DNA from: Patescibacteria group bacterium
Lineage (GTDB): Bacteria > Patescibacteriota > Patescibacteriia > UBA9570 > JAHJKD01
Direction of reading: 5' to 3'
DNA: 64,000 nucleotides
Assembly: GCA_041660885.1 (NCBI GenBank)
Contig: JBAZVM010000002.1
Coordinates: 14,025-78,024 of the forward strand
The notes under the pieces were generated by a model. The model was not told where the DNA came from. It ran no database searches and saw only the letters and a program-made list of their open reading frames with translations. Positions 10,548 through 17,991 of the stretch are shown here, in pieces. How positions within the stretch are numbered: position 1 is the first letter of the stretch; each line of letters opens with the position of its first letter. The translations under genes and the position numbers were made by a program.

Positions 10548-10576
10548 TTGACTAGTCAAGTAATATTTGTTAGACT
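10548..10576 (+). promoter_or_regulatory. sigma70-like promoter of the tRNA-Arg/Met/His operon
   Basis: TTGACT (10548-10553), a 17-nt spacer, then TAGACT (10571-10576). It lies about 25 nt upstream of the leader element. Confidence 0.45.
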
Positions 10577-10598
10577 AAGCCTTGCAATTTTAGTTTAC

Positions 10599-10724
10599 GC
10601 CCTCGTAGTTATCTGCTCCGCTTTCACTCGCGTTCAAGCTTCGCAGGATTAAACGGATAAGTATTTGGGTATGTTCCTTCGAAGCCTCGCAGATATGCGA
10701 GGCGAAGAAGAAGCCCTCGTAGTT
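10599..10724 (+). repeat. tRNA-5'-associated structured element, copy 1 (102 nt, 10611-10712), flanked by a 12-nt direct repeat
   Basis: gccctcgtagtt occurs at 10599-10610 and again at 10713-10724, where it forms tRNA-Arg nt 1-12. The interior is homologous to 44954-45058. Confidence 0.7.
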
Positions 10725-10787
10725 CAACGGATAGAACATCAGCCTTCTAAGCCGATGATTGAGGTCCGACTCCTCACGAGGGCACCA
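10713..10787 (+). tRNA. tRNA-Arg(TCT), CCA encoded
   Basis: Manual cloverleaf: acceptor gccctcg/cgagggc, D arm gttc..gaac, anticodon loop cTTCTAa, T arm tgagg-tccgact-cctca, then ACCA. Confidence 0.85.
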
Positions 10788-10788
10788 G

Positions 10789-10862
10789 GGCAGGGTAGCT
10801 CAGTTGGTTAGAGCACGGGACTCATAAGCCCGGTGTCGAGAGTTCGAATCTCTCCCCTGCTA
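10789..10862 (+). tRNA. tRNA with CAT anticodon (elongator Met, or Ile2 if lysidinylated)
   Basis: Acceptor ggcaggg/ccctgct (G1-U72, so not an initiator), D arm gctc..gagc, anticodon loop cTCATAa, T arm gagag-ttcgaat-ctctc. Confidence 0.8.
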
Positions 10863-10880
10863 CGGACAAACAGTCCACAT

Positions 10881-10953
10881 GGTGGCCATGGTGAAGCGGT
10901 TATCACACGACTCTGTGGCAGTCGTATCACGGGTTCAATTCCCGTTGGCCACC
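10881..10953 (+). tRNA. tRNA-His(GTG) with genome-encoded G-1
   Basis: An extra 5' G opposite discriminator C, acceptor gtggcca/tggccac, anticodon loop cTGTGgc, T arm acggg-ttcaatt-cccgt. Confidence 0.85.
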
Positions 10954-10967
10954 CCCTTTTACAAAAA

Positions 10968-10992
10968 ACAGGGGGCTAATCCCTGTTTTTTT
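10968..10992 (+). terminator. rho-independent terminator after the tRNA cluster
   Basis: caggg-ggctaat-ccctg followed by TTTTTTT. Confidence 0.55.
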
Positions 10993-11038
10993 ATTTATTT
11001 AATTCTTTTTTTCTCTGTCAATTATTTCAATAATATTT

Positions 11039-12175
11039 TTATCGCTCAAAATCTTTGTAATTGCCATTAAAACTCCAGGGTCCGCTACCGCAGCTTGGTA
11101 AATCCGTGGTACCGATCCGCAGGGTAACTTTATTTTTTAATTTAATTAAAATAACTTCATTGCCCGCTTCATAACAATAAATTTTTCCATTGTTTTTAAC
11201 TTCGCTAAATTTACGATTCACCAGTCCACTTCCTTGCGGATTAAAATAATAAGCTCCAACTTCAAGCCCAACTTCGCTGAGCGATTGACCTACAGAAAAA
11301 ACTAATTGCTCTGGATAATAATTATCCGGCACTAAAGCAAGCTGATTGTCTTCATCCCAAGTCTGGCCGGTTGTTCCTTTTTCAAACCAAGCTCCTTGCG
11401 CACGCTCCGGCACATCATACTCGACTCGGCCGCAAACTGGCTTGATCTCTCGCCAGTTATTAATCCTTCCCAGCAAAGTTTGCATTTTTGCTTTTTTTGT
11501 TGAGCCAAAATAATCAAGTGGACAGACATAGTGTAGGCGAAAATCGCCCCAGTGATCAGGATTAATATATTCAAGCGCTTTAGCCTGGGTGTCTGATAAA
11601 GTAAAGTCTAAAGCGTTTTGGCCGATCTGCCCGCCAGCTGTTCCTATTTTTGTTCCTTTGGGGATAAAAACGGAAATGTTTTTTGAGCAAAATTTATATT
11701 TCTGCTCTCCCACCCAATCGGTTTGGCACTCGCCTATTCCGGCATTATAGGCATCTTTTAACTTTTCAGTTATTGAAATAACATGGCCGAAAAGACCATC
11801 TACTTCAGTACATGGGGAAAATGATATGTTGTAGTCCGTATAAATCGGGTCTGCGGACAAATGTTTAATAGAACTTATATTAGTTATCCAAATGTCACCG
11901 GGGGCATATACATTAGTTGTCACCGGAGTGACCGTGTCATCTTCTTTATTCAAATAAAGATAGATGTGATCAGTGGGAAAAATGTGCCCGCCGGTTGGAT
12001 TTAAATTCCCTAAAGGAGCAATGTTTGAAACATTACTCATATCAACAGGATACCGAGTAAATAGTGTTTGACTATCACCGCAACTTTCTAATTCAGCAGC
12101 TTGAGCAGAACTAAAGCAAGAAAAAATAAAAATTATAATGATATTAATTGAGATTATTTTTTTTAAATTAATCAT
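11039..12175 (-). CDS. hypothetical secreted protein
   Basis: 378-aa ORF with an N-terminal signal peptide (IIIIFIFSCFSSAQA). No recognisable catalytic motif. Confidence 0.5.
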   Translation of the reverse strand: MINLKKIISINIIIIFIFSCFSSAQAAELESCGDSQTLFTRYPVDMSNVSNIAPLGNLNPTGGHIFPTDHIYLYLNKEDDTVTPVTTNVYAPGDIWITNISSIKHLSADPIYTDYNISFSPCTEVDGLFGHVISITEKLKDAYNAGIGECQTDWVGEQKYKFCSKNISVFIPKGTKIGTAGGQIGQNALDFTLSDTQAKALEYINPDHWGDFRLHYVCPLDYFGSTKKAKMQTLLGRINNWREIKPVCGRVEYDVPERAQGAWFEKGTTGQTWDEDNQLALVPDNYYPEQLVFSVGQSLSEVGLEVGAYYFNPQGSGLVNRKFSEVKNNGKIYCYEAGNEVILIKLKNKVTLRIGTTDLPSCGSGPWSFNGNYKDFER

Positions 12176-12284
12176 TTTAAAATAAAAAGTTCATTAGATT
12201 TATTAATTATAACATAGTTTAGAACTTTTAATAAAATATTCAAAACAACTAGTTTTTTCAGGTGTTTTTTGATATAATAATATT

Positions 12285-12731
12285 ATGAAAAAAAATTTTC
12301 TTCTTCTAATTATTGTTTTATTGGTTGTTTCTGGATGTACTAAAAATAAAACCATTACTAAGTCGAATGCTGATGTTGTTAATACAGAAATAAATCAAAA
12401 CCTTAACATAGCCACAACAAATAAAAAAAATGCTGATGATTTAAATGAATTTACTTTTAAGGAATTAGGAATTTCTATTAATCTACCATTCAAACAAGAA
12501 ATGGTAAACACTTCGTATGCCGAATGCGGATTGGAAACACACTGCGATAACAATGGCTATTCTTTTACAGGTACATATTATGATGAAACCTTAGGTTATC
12601 CTATTACTTTTTTAGGAAGCGTTTCGGAAAATTGGTCTCCGCCTAGAGACTCGAATTTAGCTGAAGTGTATGATTTAAAATTTATTGATGATTCTTTTTT
12701 TGTTTATCTAAACAACGAAAAAAAAAATTGA
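12285..12731 (+). CDS. hypothetical lipoprotein, apparently truncated at an A10 tract
   Basis: Lipobox LLVVSGC. The ORF ends at a TGA immediately after ten consecutive A (12718-12727). Confidence 0.5.
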   Translation: MKKNFLLLIIVLLVVSGCTKNKTITKSNADVVNTEINQNLNIATTNKKNADDLNEFTFKELGISINLPFKQEMVNTSYAECGLETHCDNNGYSFTGTYYDETLGYPITFLGSVSENWSPPRDSNLAEVYDLKFIDDSFFVYLNNEKKN

Positions 12732-12951
12732 CAGGACCGAAGAATTAATTTATCAATTTTCCTTAGATGAACAAAATGGTGCAATTTTTGATGTGAATGA
12801 ATCAACCGATTCGAACATTATTAATAAATATTTAGGAGTAGCCAAACTGAAAAGTAATAATAAATATAAGTCCATAGGTATTGCCCTAGATAAAAATAAT
12901 ATTTCTAAAGATGACTTTATTAAAATAATGGAGTCAATTAAATTTATTTAA
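12730..12951 (+). CDS. continuation of the lipoprotein ORF in the +1 frame (DRTEELIYQFSLDEQNG...ESIKFI)
   Basis: 73 stop-free codons begin right after the A10 tract. Removing one A fuses this frame to 12285..12731. Confidence 0.4.
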   Translation, partial: DRTEELIYQFSLDEQNGAIFDVNESTDSNIINKYLGVAKLKSNNKYKSIGIALDKNNISKDDFIKIMESIKFI

Positions 12952-13013
12952 TCTTGTTCCAAATTAACATCCCATTTTTTAGCCGGGACACATATCTCTT
13001 GCGAATCATCTGC

Positions 13014-13048
13014 CAATAAAAAAGGGACGCGGCTAAAAACCGCGCCCC
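13014..13048 (-). terminator. rho-independent terminator of CDS 13065..13652
   Basis: On the minus strand: ggggcgcgg-ttttta-gccgcgtccc followed by TTTTTTATT. Confidence 0.65.
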
Positions 13049-13064
13049 TTAGAATATTTTGGCT

Positions 13065-13652
13065 TTATTCGCAAATCGGAGCTGTGAAGGCGCCGGAAAT
13101 TGCAGTTTCTTCGCCGGCTTCACTATCAAAAGTAAAATCAGCCCAGCCAGTAACAGTATCAGTAGCTTCGTCTATGTTGCTGACTACCAGCTTACCAGCC
13201 CAATCCACATTTACGCTCATGGGTGTGCCGCTTTCCTGTTCATAATAATAGTAAGCGTTATAATCATCGAACGCTAACTCATCTTCCAAAGCTTTATCAA
13301 AGGTGCCAATTTGCAAATCTTTCGTAGAAAAACTGATGGCGTCATTATCCATCACTACGCCGCATTCTTCATCCGGAGCAGTATTAGAAAACTCTACGGT
13401 ATAATGGTCGTCCCAATTATGCACTTCTACATAGGTAGCTGTAAAATCCTGGCCGTTGAGCGTTCCAGACGCGGTTGTATCGGGGATGGTACCCTGATCC
13501 GTGGCATCGGTCCAAACCGAGCTTTCAGTTACCGCGGCGTTGGTATCAGCGTCGGCGGTGTTGGTGTCAGTGGTTGTGGTTTGACAGCCGGCTCCGGTGA
13601 GTATTACCACCGTAAGAAGTAAAGCGGGTGCCAAAAATAACGCTTTTTTCAT
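13065..13652 (-). CDS. hypothetical lipoprotein (Thr/Asp-rich)
   Basis: 195 aa with signal plus lipobox LTGAGC. GC is moderately elevated relative to neighbours. Confidence 0.55.
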   Translation of the reverse strand: MKKALFLAPALLLTVVILTGAGCQTTTTDTNTADADTNAAVTESSVWTDATDQGTIPDTTASGTLNGQDFTATYVEVHNWDDHYTVEFSNTAPDEECGVVMDNDAISFSTKDLQIGTFDKALEDELAFDDYNAYYYYEQESGTPMSVNVDWAGKLVVSNIDEATDTVTGWADFTFDSEAGEETAISGAFTAPICE

Positions 13653-13783
13653 TTCTTTTTTATTAATTATTATTTAGCACGTTTATTATAGCATTAATTT
13701 TCTAAAAAAAGCGAACTGAAAATTAACAGCCAGCCCGGACACCTATCTCTTGCGAAACAGGGCCGGGCTTTCCTCCTTCGAAG

Positions 13784-13990
13784 TCAGTAGGGCAGCGTCC
13801 TATCCAGGAAGCGCCCAAACCAACCGCCGGCCGCGCCCAAGAGCACAGCCAGAACGATCCCGAGCCACAGCCCGATGGCGATATAGCCAACGAGTCCACC
13901 GACAACAACCCCGATAATGGCGAAGCACGCCATGTCGAAGTTGTCGTTCACCGCTCGGAACCAGTCCCTCCAATCGCGCCAATCGTACAT
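13784..13990 (-). CDS. small Trp/Gly-rich membrane protein (68 aa), GC-rich foreign-looking gene
   Basis: A strong SD (GGAGGAGG) lies 5 nt upstream of the ATG. Two hydrophobic helices. Chosen over overlapping alternative-frame ORFs because of the SD and TM pattern. Confidence 0.5.
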   Translation of the reverse strand: MYDWRDWRDWFRAVNDNFDMACFAIIGVVVGGLVGYIAIGLWLGIVLAVLLGAAGGWFGRFLDRTLPY

Positions 13991-14205
13991 GTCTTCCTCC
14001 TCCCCGCAATTGCAGGGTTTTGCCTAATGCTGAACATACAGCGACATCTTAAACTAGTATGAAAGTTATTCTTTGTCAAAAAAGAAGTGATTTACAATTA
14101 AAGCCCATTATGCCATACTGCAGCTGAATATAGTACTTACAACTGTTCGCAAGAGCAAAATTAAGGCACGATTGCACAGCTGCAGCACACATTCATCCCT
14201 TTGGG

Positions 14206-15279
14206 GTGTTTTTTTATATGATCAAACCACTGCCTATTTTTGACATTATCATAGTATACGACGCTAACTTAGCTTTTAGTGCTGCTGATTCAACTTATCA
14301 CGAGTCTTCTCCTTTCACTATTAGCGAAGAGTCTTTTAATTGTGATGCTACCTATCGCTACTTTATTCAATATTGTAAGAAGCAAGGCCTTTCAGTCGCC
14401 TTTACAACCACAAAAGATATTAATACTTCGGGACAATTTAGTAGTGTATGGACATACAATAACCGTTGGGAACGTAATTACCACATTGCATACGCGAAAG
14501 TAATATTTGATAAATTTTTAAATCTACTTCCTCGCAATCATGAAGTTTACAAACGATTAACAACCGCTAAAAAATCGCTGCCGTTCTTTCATGATCAAAA
14601 GATAAATATATTATTCGATAATAAATTAGAAACACATTTACAACTTTCTAGCTACACTATACCCACTGTTAAAGTTGATTCTTTGACCAAGGAGAGCATT
14701 AAAAAAGCTAAAAAATCTTTGCTTTCCCTGTGTCTCCGCCATCCATTTCGTGATGACTTTAATTCTGATTTAGTACTGAAAGATCAATTTGGATGGGGCG
14801 GAAATAGTATTTTTAAAATAGCTAATGGCAATGACTTTTCTAATGTTCCTTCTGACTCTTCCATTAATTTTGTCTTGCAACCTTTCATTCAAACTTCTGG
14901 TTTTAATATTGCTCACTTTACCGGAAAATCTGATTTACGCGTTATTATTTGCAACAATGTTATTATCCAAAGTTATCTGCGTATTGCTAAAATTGGAGAT
15001 TTTCGAGCTAATGCTGAACAAGGCGCCAAAATTACTTATTTGACTTTAGATCAAATTCCTCTTGACGTGCTGGAGATGATAGCTAGTATTCAAAAACATT
15101 CACCAAATAAAAATGCGCTTTATGCACTAGATTTTATTAAAAGCATTAATAACCACTTATATTTTATTGAGGGCAACAGCAGCCCCGGATTAAATTGGTT
15201 TGACCCGGAAGACGAAAGAAGAGCGAAACAACTTATTCGTCTGATTGTTAAAAAATTGAAAAAAATAATTTTATTGTAG
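14206..15279 (+). CDS. ATP-grasp domain protein (YheC/YheD-like)
   Basis: The C-terminal half has the ATP-grasp pattern (DLRVII...FRANAEQGAK...YFIEGNSSPG). The likely true start is the ATG at 14218. Very AT-rich. Confidence 0.5.
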   Translation: MFFYMIKPLPIFDIIIVYDANLAFSAADSTYHESSPFTISEESFNCDATYRYFIQYCKKQGLSVAFTTTKDINTSGQFSSVWTYNNRWERNYHIAYAKVIFDKFLNLLPRNHEVYKRLTTAKKSLPFFHDQKINILFDNKLETHLQLSSYTIPTVKVDSLTKESIKKAKKSLLSLCLRHPFRDDFNSDLVLKDQFGWGGNSIFKIANGNDFSNVPSDSSINFVLQPFIQTSGFNIAHFTGKSDLRVIICNNVIIQSYLRIAKIGDFRANAEQGAKITYLTLDQIPLDVLEMIASIQKHSPNKNALYALDFIKSINNHLYFIEGNSSPGLNWFDPEDERRAKQLIRLIVKKLKKIILL

Positions 15280-15360
15280 CCAAGGTCTTCCTTGGTCTTA
15301 TAACTAGCTAGAAATATATATTTTTGATATTATATTATTATAATAATTCATTATAATAAT

Positions 15361-15795
15361 ATGAAAACAAAGCTGATTATATCCAGTTTGGTATTGGGCA
15401 TATTACTATGCTCCGGCACTCCGGCTATGGCCAATACCTACGATAAATACTTAGGCAGATGGAAAGGGAAAGTGGAAATTTATAATAGTACTTGCCCAAG
15501 TGTTTACCCCGACGGCGATATCGGGACTGCTATTATTAAAATCAAATCAATTCAATCAACCGGTAAATTAACCGCCTACGTAAAATACAGTACTTATGAT
15601 TATAAATATCAATTAACCGGAAAAATAAACGAAGATAGAATTAAATTCCACTATGAAATGTATGATGATGTAACTACATACGATTTATCGGGAAAATTTA
15701 AAACAGACACGAAAATGAGGCTTCATTCCTTCAACAACAGGCCGGGCACATGTGATGATGGGTTCAACCAAAGATATATTCTTAAGAAACTATAA
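15361..15795 (+). CDS. hypothetical secreted protein
   Basis: 144 aa with signal peptide LLCSGTPAMA. Confidence 0.45.
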   Translation: MKTKLIISSLVLGILLCSGTPAMANTYDKYLGRWKGKVEIYNSTCPSVYPDGDIGTAIIKIKSIQSTGKLTAYVKYSTYDYKYQLTGKINEDRIKFHYEMYDDVTTYDLSGKFKTDTKMRLHSFNNRPGTCDDGFNQRYILKKL

Positions 15796-15800
15796 ATTAT

Positions 15801-16181
15801 ATGTTACAAATATCTCATGATTTAACATTGTCCATGGTTTTTATTCTTATTTTAATGTTTATAATGGCCGGACTGATTATAGCGCTAGTTTATATCTATA
15901 AGAAAAAACCGGAGCTGAGAGATTACCTGATCAGTTTGGGCTTTGGCTTTGGTTTAACTTTAATTACCGCCTTGGCCGTCAGCTTTAAATATGAAGCCGG
16001 CACCGGGCTTGCCCGCAAATTCGGTTGGCCGCACTTTATTTATATTCTCTGGCCCAATGGCACAAAAGGCTTATACCTTGGCCCAGGCTTAAGCTATATA
16101 TTGGGTGATATTTTCTTCTATGCGTTCTTAGCGTTACTGGTAATAATGATATTTAAAATTACCGACAAAAGAAGAAGATAA
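15801..16181 (+). CDS. hypothetical membrane protein
   Basis: 126 aa with 3-4 hydrophobic helices. The start lies 5 nt after the upstream stop. Confidence 0.45.
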   Translation: MLQISHDLTLSMVFILILMFIMAGLIIALVYIYKKKPELRDYLISLGFGFGLTLITALAVSFKYEAGTGLARKFGWPHFIYILWPNGTKGLYLGPGLSYILGDIFFYAFLALLVIMIFKITDKRRR

Positions 16182-16193
16182 TTTTCTTATTTA

Positions 16194-16222
16194 CTCCGAA
16201 ATCAATTCGGGGTGTTTCTTTT
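16194..16222 (+). terminator. rho-independent terminator
   Basis: ctccgaa-atcaa-ttcgggg followed by tgtttctttt. Confidence 0.5.
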
Positions 16223-16315
16223 ATTCACAATCATTTATGAACAAAAGGAACGATGAACGATGAGACTGCAGTTGTTGGTAGCTAATCTCACTCATCGTCC
16301 GCCACGGGCGCCCCC

Positions 16316-17044
16316 TCAACGCTGTGGCCAGTCTGCCTGCCCATCTTCGGCAGCTTTTTTCAAAGCCGCCGTGATGACTTGGAATGCTGAACCAACGTCG
16401 TCTACGATGGTGAACAGCTTCAAGTCTTCTTTTTCAATGACTCCCGCCTCAACTAAAACTCGGAAGTCGATTAGGCTTCCCCAAAAATCCCTACCGTAGA
16501 GGACAATGGGAAGCGGTTTTTCGATTCGTCGAGTTTGTCTGAGGCAAAGAAGTTCGAACAGCTCATCGAGCGTTCCGAACCCTCCGGGGAATACCACGAG
16601 AGCTTTCGCTTGATAGGCAAACCAGAACTTCCGCATAAAGAAATAGCGGAAGACGAAACTAAGACCCTTGGTAATGAACTGGTTATTGCCCTGTTCTCTT
16701 GGCAGGACGATTCCGAATCCGATCGACCTTCCACGGGTTACTTCGCTTGCCCCTCTATTGGCAGCTTCCATAATCCCCGGGCCGGCACCGGTCGCAACCA
16801 AGTATCGGCCTCCCTTTTCGCTTAGAGACCAATCCGTAAGAAGCATGGACAACAGTTTAGCAGCTTCGTAATACCCATTGCCCTGCCTGACGCGAGCGGA
16901 ACCGAAAAAGACAATCGTGTCTTTTACTCCGCTCAACCAAAGGAAAAGCAAAGGCCCGAGATACTCCAGAAGAATACGCAGCGGGCGCAGGAAACGCGGA
17001 CCATTCATAATCGAAACGGGGTAAAACTTGATGGGCTTGGACAT
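16316..17044 (-). CDS. LOG family protein (TIGR00730 Rossmann fold, nucleotide/cytokinin riboside 5'-monophosphate phosphoribohydrolase-like), GC-rich copy
   Basis: GAGPGIMEAANRGA and PGGFGTLDELFE motifs. SD-like GAGGA upstream. Composition is clearly more GC-rich than the flanks. Confidence 0.8.
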   Translation of the reverse strand: MSKPIKFYPVSIMNGPRFLRPLRILLEYLGPLLFLWLSGVKDTIVFFGSARVRQGNGYYEAAKLLSMLLTDWSLSEKGGRYLVATGAGPGIMEAANRGASEVTRGRSIGFGIVLPREQGNNQFITKGLSFVFRYFFMRKFWFAYQAKALVVFPGGFGTLDELFELLCLRQTRRIEKPLPIVLYGRDFWGSLIDFRVLVEAGVIEKEDLKLFTIVDDVGSAFQVITAALKKAAEDGQADWPQR

Positions 17045-17188
17045 GGAGTCCTCACGCGGGGGTTGAAGGTTTATGTAAAGGAACGCCTCGACTTGGCATC
17101 AGTTTATAGAAAAAGCGTTGGAAAGACAATACTATTTTGCAAAACTATGAATAATATAGTATATTTAAAAAACGATTTTATTAAATAT

Positions 17189-17989
17189 ATGAAAAAAGCT
17201 TTATTAATCGCTATATTATTGCTGGCAACGACCGGATGCACTCAACAAGTAACTGTGGGTAACTTGAATATTGGCATTGAAGCCGATACGAACACGGAAA
17301 AGCAATATCAGGAAGAATGGTTGGAAATGGAAAAAGGCATAAACTTCAAAGAAATGCCGATTTACGAAAAAAGCGGACAAGAAGAGTATCTGCAAGACGT
17401 CGTTACCGTGTTTAAATTTGATCCTCAATATTTTACTTTCAGCTTAAAGCAGCAGACGCAAAATCCTTTGGTGATTTCTAAGTGGCAAGAAAAATATAAG
17501 CCGCTATTCGTTTGCAATGGCGGATATTTTATGGAAAATAATCTGCCTTCCAGCTTGCTTAAAATAAACGGCGAACAATACGGCACTAAATTGGGAGCGG
17601 ATTCAGTAGGTGAATTGGTTATAGATGATAACGGTCAACCCGATATATTAGAAAACGCCGACAACAGCCAATATAATAATCTTTTACAGTCTTATCCTCT
17701 TTTAGTTAGGCCGGATGGCGTAAAAAGCTTAAAAGATGATAGCGGCCAAGTGGCCCCTCGTTCGATAATCGCCAAAGATGCTGAGGGAAATATTCTATTT
17801 ATTTTTACCAGTAATTATTATTTCAGCTTATATAATTTGCAAGATTATCTGGCCGACTCCGACTTGAATTTAAAAATCGCACTAAACCTAGACGGCGGTC
17901 CTTCTTCAGGATACTACTTAAATTCCGAAACTATAAAAAAATCCGAATCAGATGTGGTGCCGAATGTGGTAATGGTGAATAAAAAATAA
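17189..17989 (+). CDS. phosphodiester glycosidase family lipoprotein (DUF2233/NAGPA-like)
   Basis: Lipoprotein signal LLLATTGC, NGGYF, APRSIIAKD and the terminal NLDGGPSSG motif. The ORF track starts it at 17063, but the signal peptide begins at the ATG at 17189. Confidence 0.65.
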   Translation: MKKALLIAILLLATTGCTQQVTVGNLNIGIEADTNTEKQYQEEWLEMEKGINFKEMPIYEKSGQEEYLQDVVTVFKFDPQYFTFSLKQQTQNPLVISKWQEKYKPLFVCNGGYFMENNLPSSLLKINGEQYGTKLGADSVGELVIDDNGQPDILENADNSQYNNLLQSYPLLVRPDGVKSLKDDSGQVAPRSIIAKDAEGNILFIFTSNYYFSLYNLQDYLADSDLNLKIALNLDGGPSSGYYLNSETIKKSESDVVPNVVMVNKK

Positions 17990-17991
17990 TT

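Noticed and set aside
10611-10712. Assigning the tRNA-5' elements to a known RNA class (SRP RNA, tmRNA, hammerhead, twister, group I intron)
   Set aside because: They lack the SRP GGAA/AGCA domain-IV pattern and the CUGAUGA/GAAA core, and are far too short for a group I intron. The AAGCC...GGCG resemblance to twister is superficial, and I cannot place the conserved twister nucleotides.
10879-11070. 63-aa ORF starting inside tRNA-His
   Set aside because: It overlaps a clear tRNA-His cloverleaf and the operon terminator. No coding evidence.
12961-13760. Interpreting the 45-nt repeats as integron attC sites or dif/pdif-like Xer sites
   Set aside because: Only a weak resemblance (TGTTAATTT versus GTTRRRY or the XerD arm). 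There is no intI gene, no cassette array, and no paired XerC arm with a 6-nt spacer that I can define. It is left as a hypothesis inside the repeat finding rather than a feature call.
13723-14009. Alternative-frame ORFs 13723..13908 and 13800..14009
   Set aside because: Same GC-rich artefact. The 13784..13990 frame has the GGAGGAGG SD and a coherent two-helix membrane pattern, whereas the others are Arg/Gly-rich with no start context.
14059-14127. 22-codon ORF (MKVILCQKRSDLQLKPIMPYCS) upstream of the ATP-grasp gene, considered as a graspetide-type precursor
   Set aside because: It has no acidic/Thr-Ser core typical of ATP-grasp-modified peptides, no conservation evidence, and is short enough to arise by chance. 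It is kept only as something to look at if homologous loci show it.
16260-16871. ORFs 16260..16499, 16471..16734, 16535..16825 and 16668..16871 overlapping the LOG gene
   Set aside because: They overlap a gene with clear LOG-family motifs and are typical spurious frames in GC-rich sequence.
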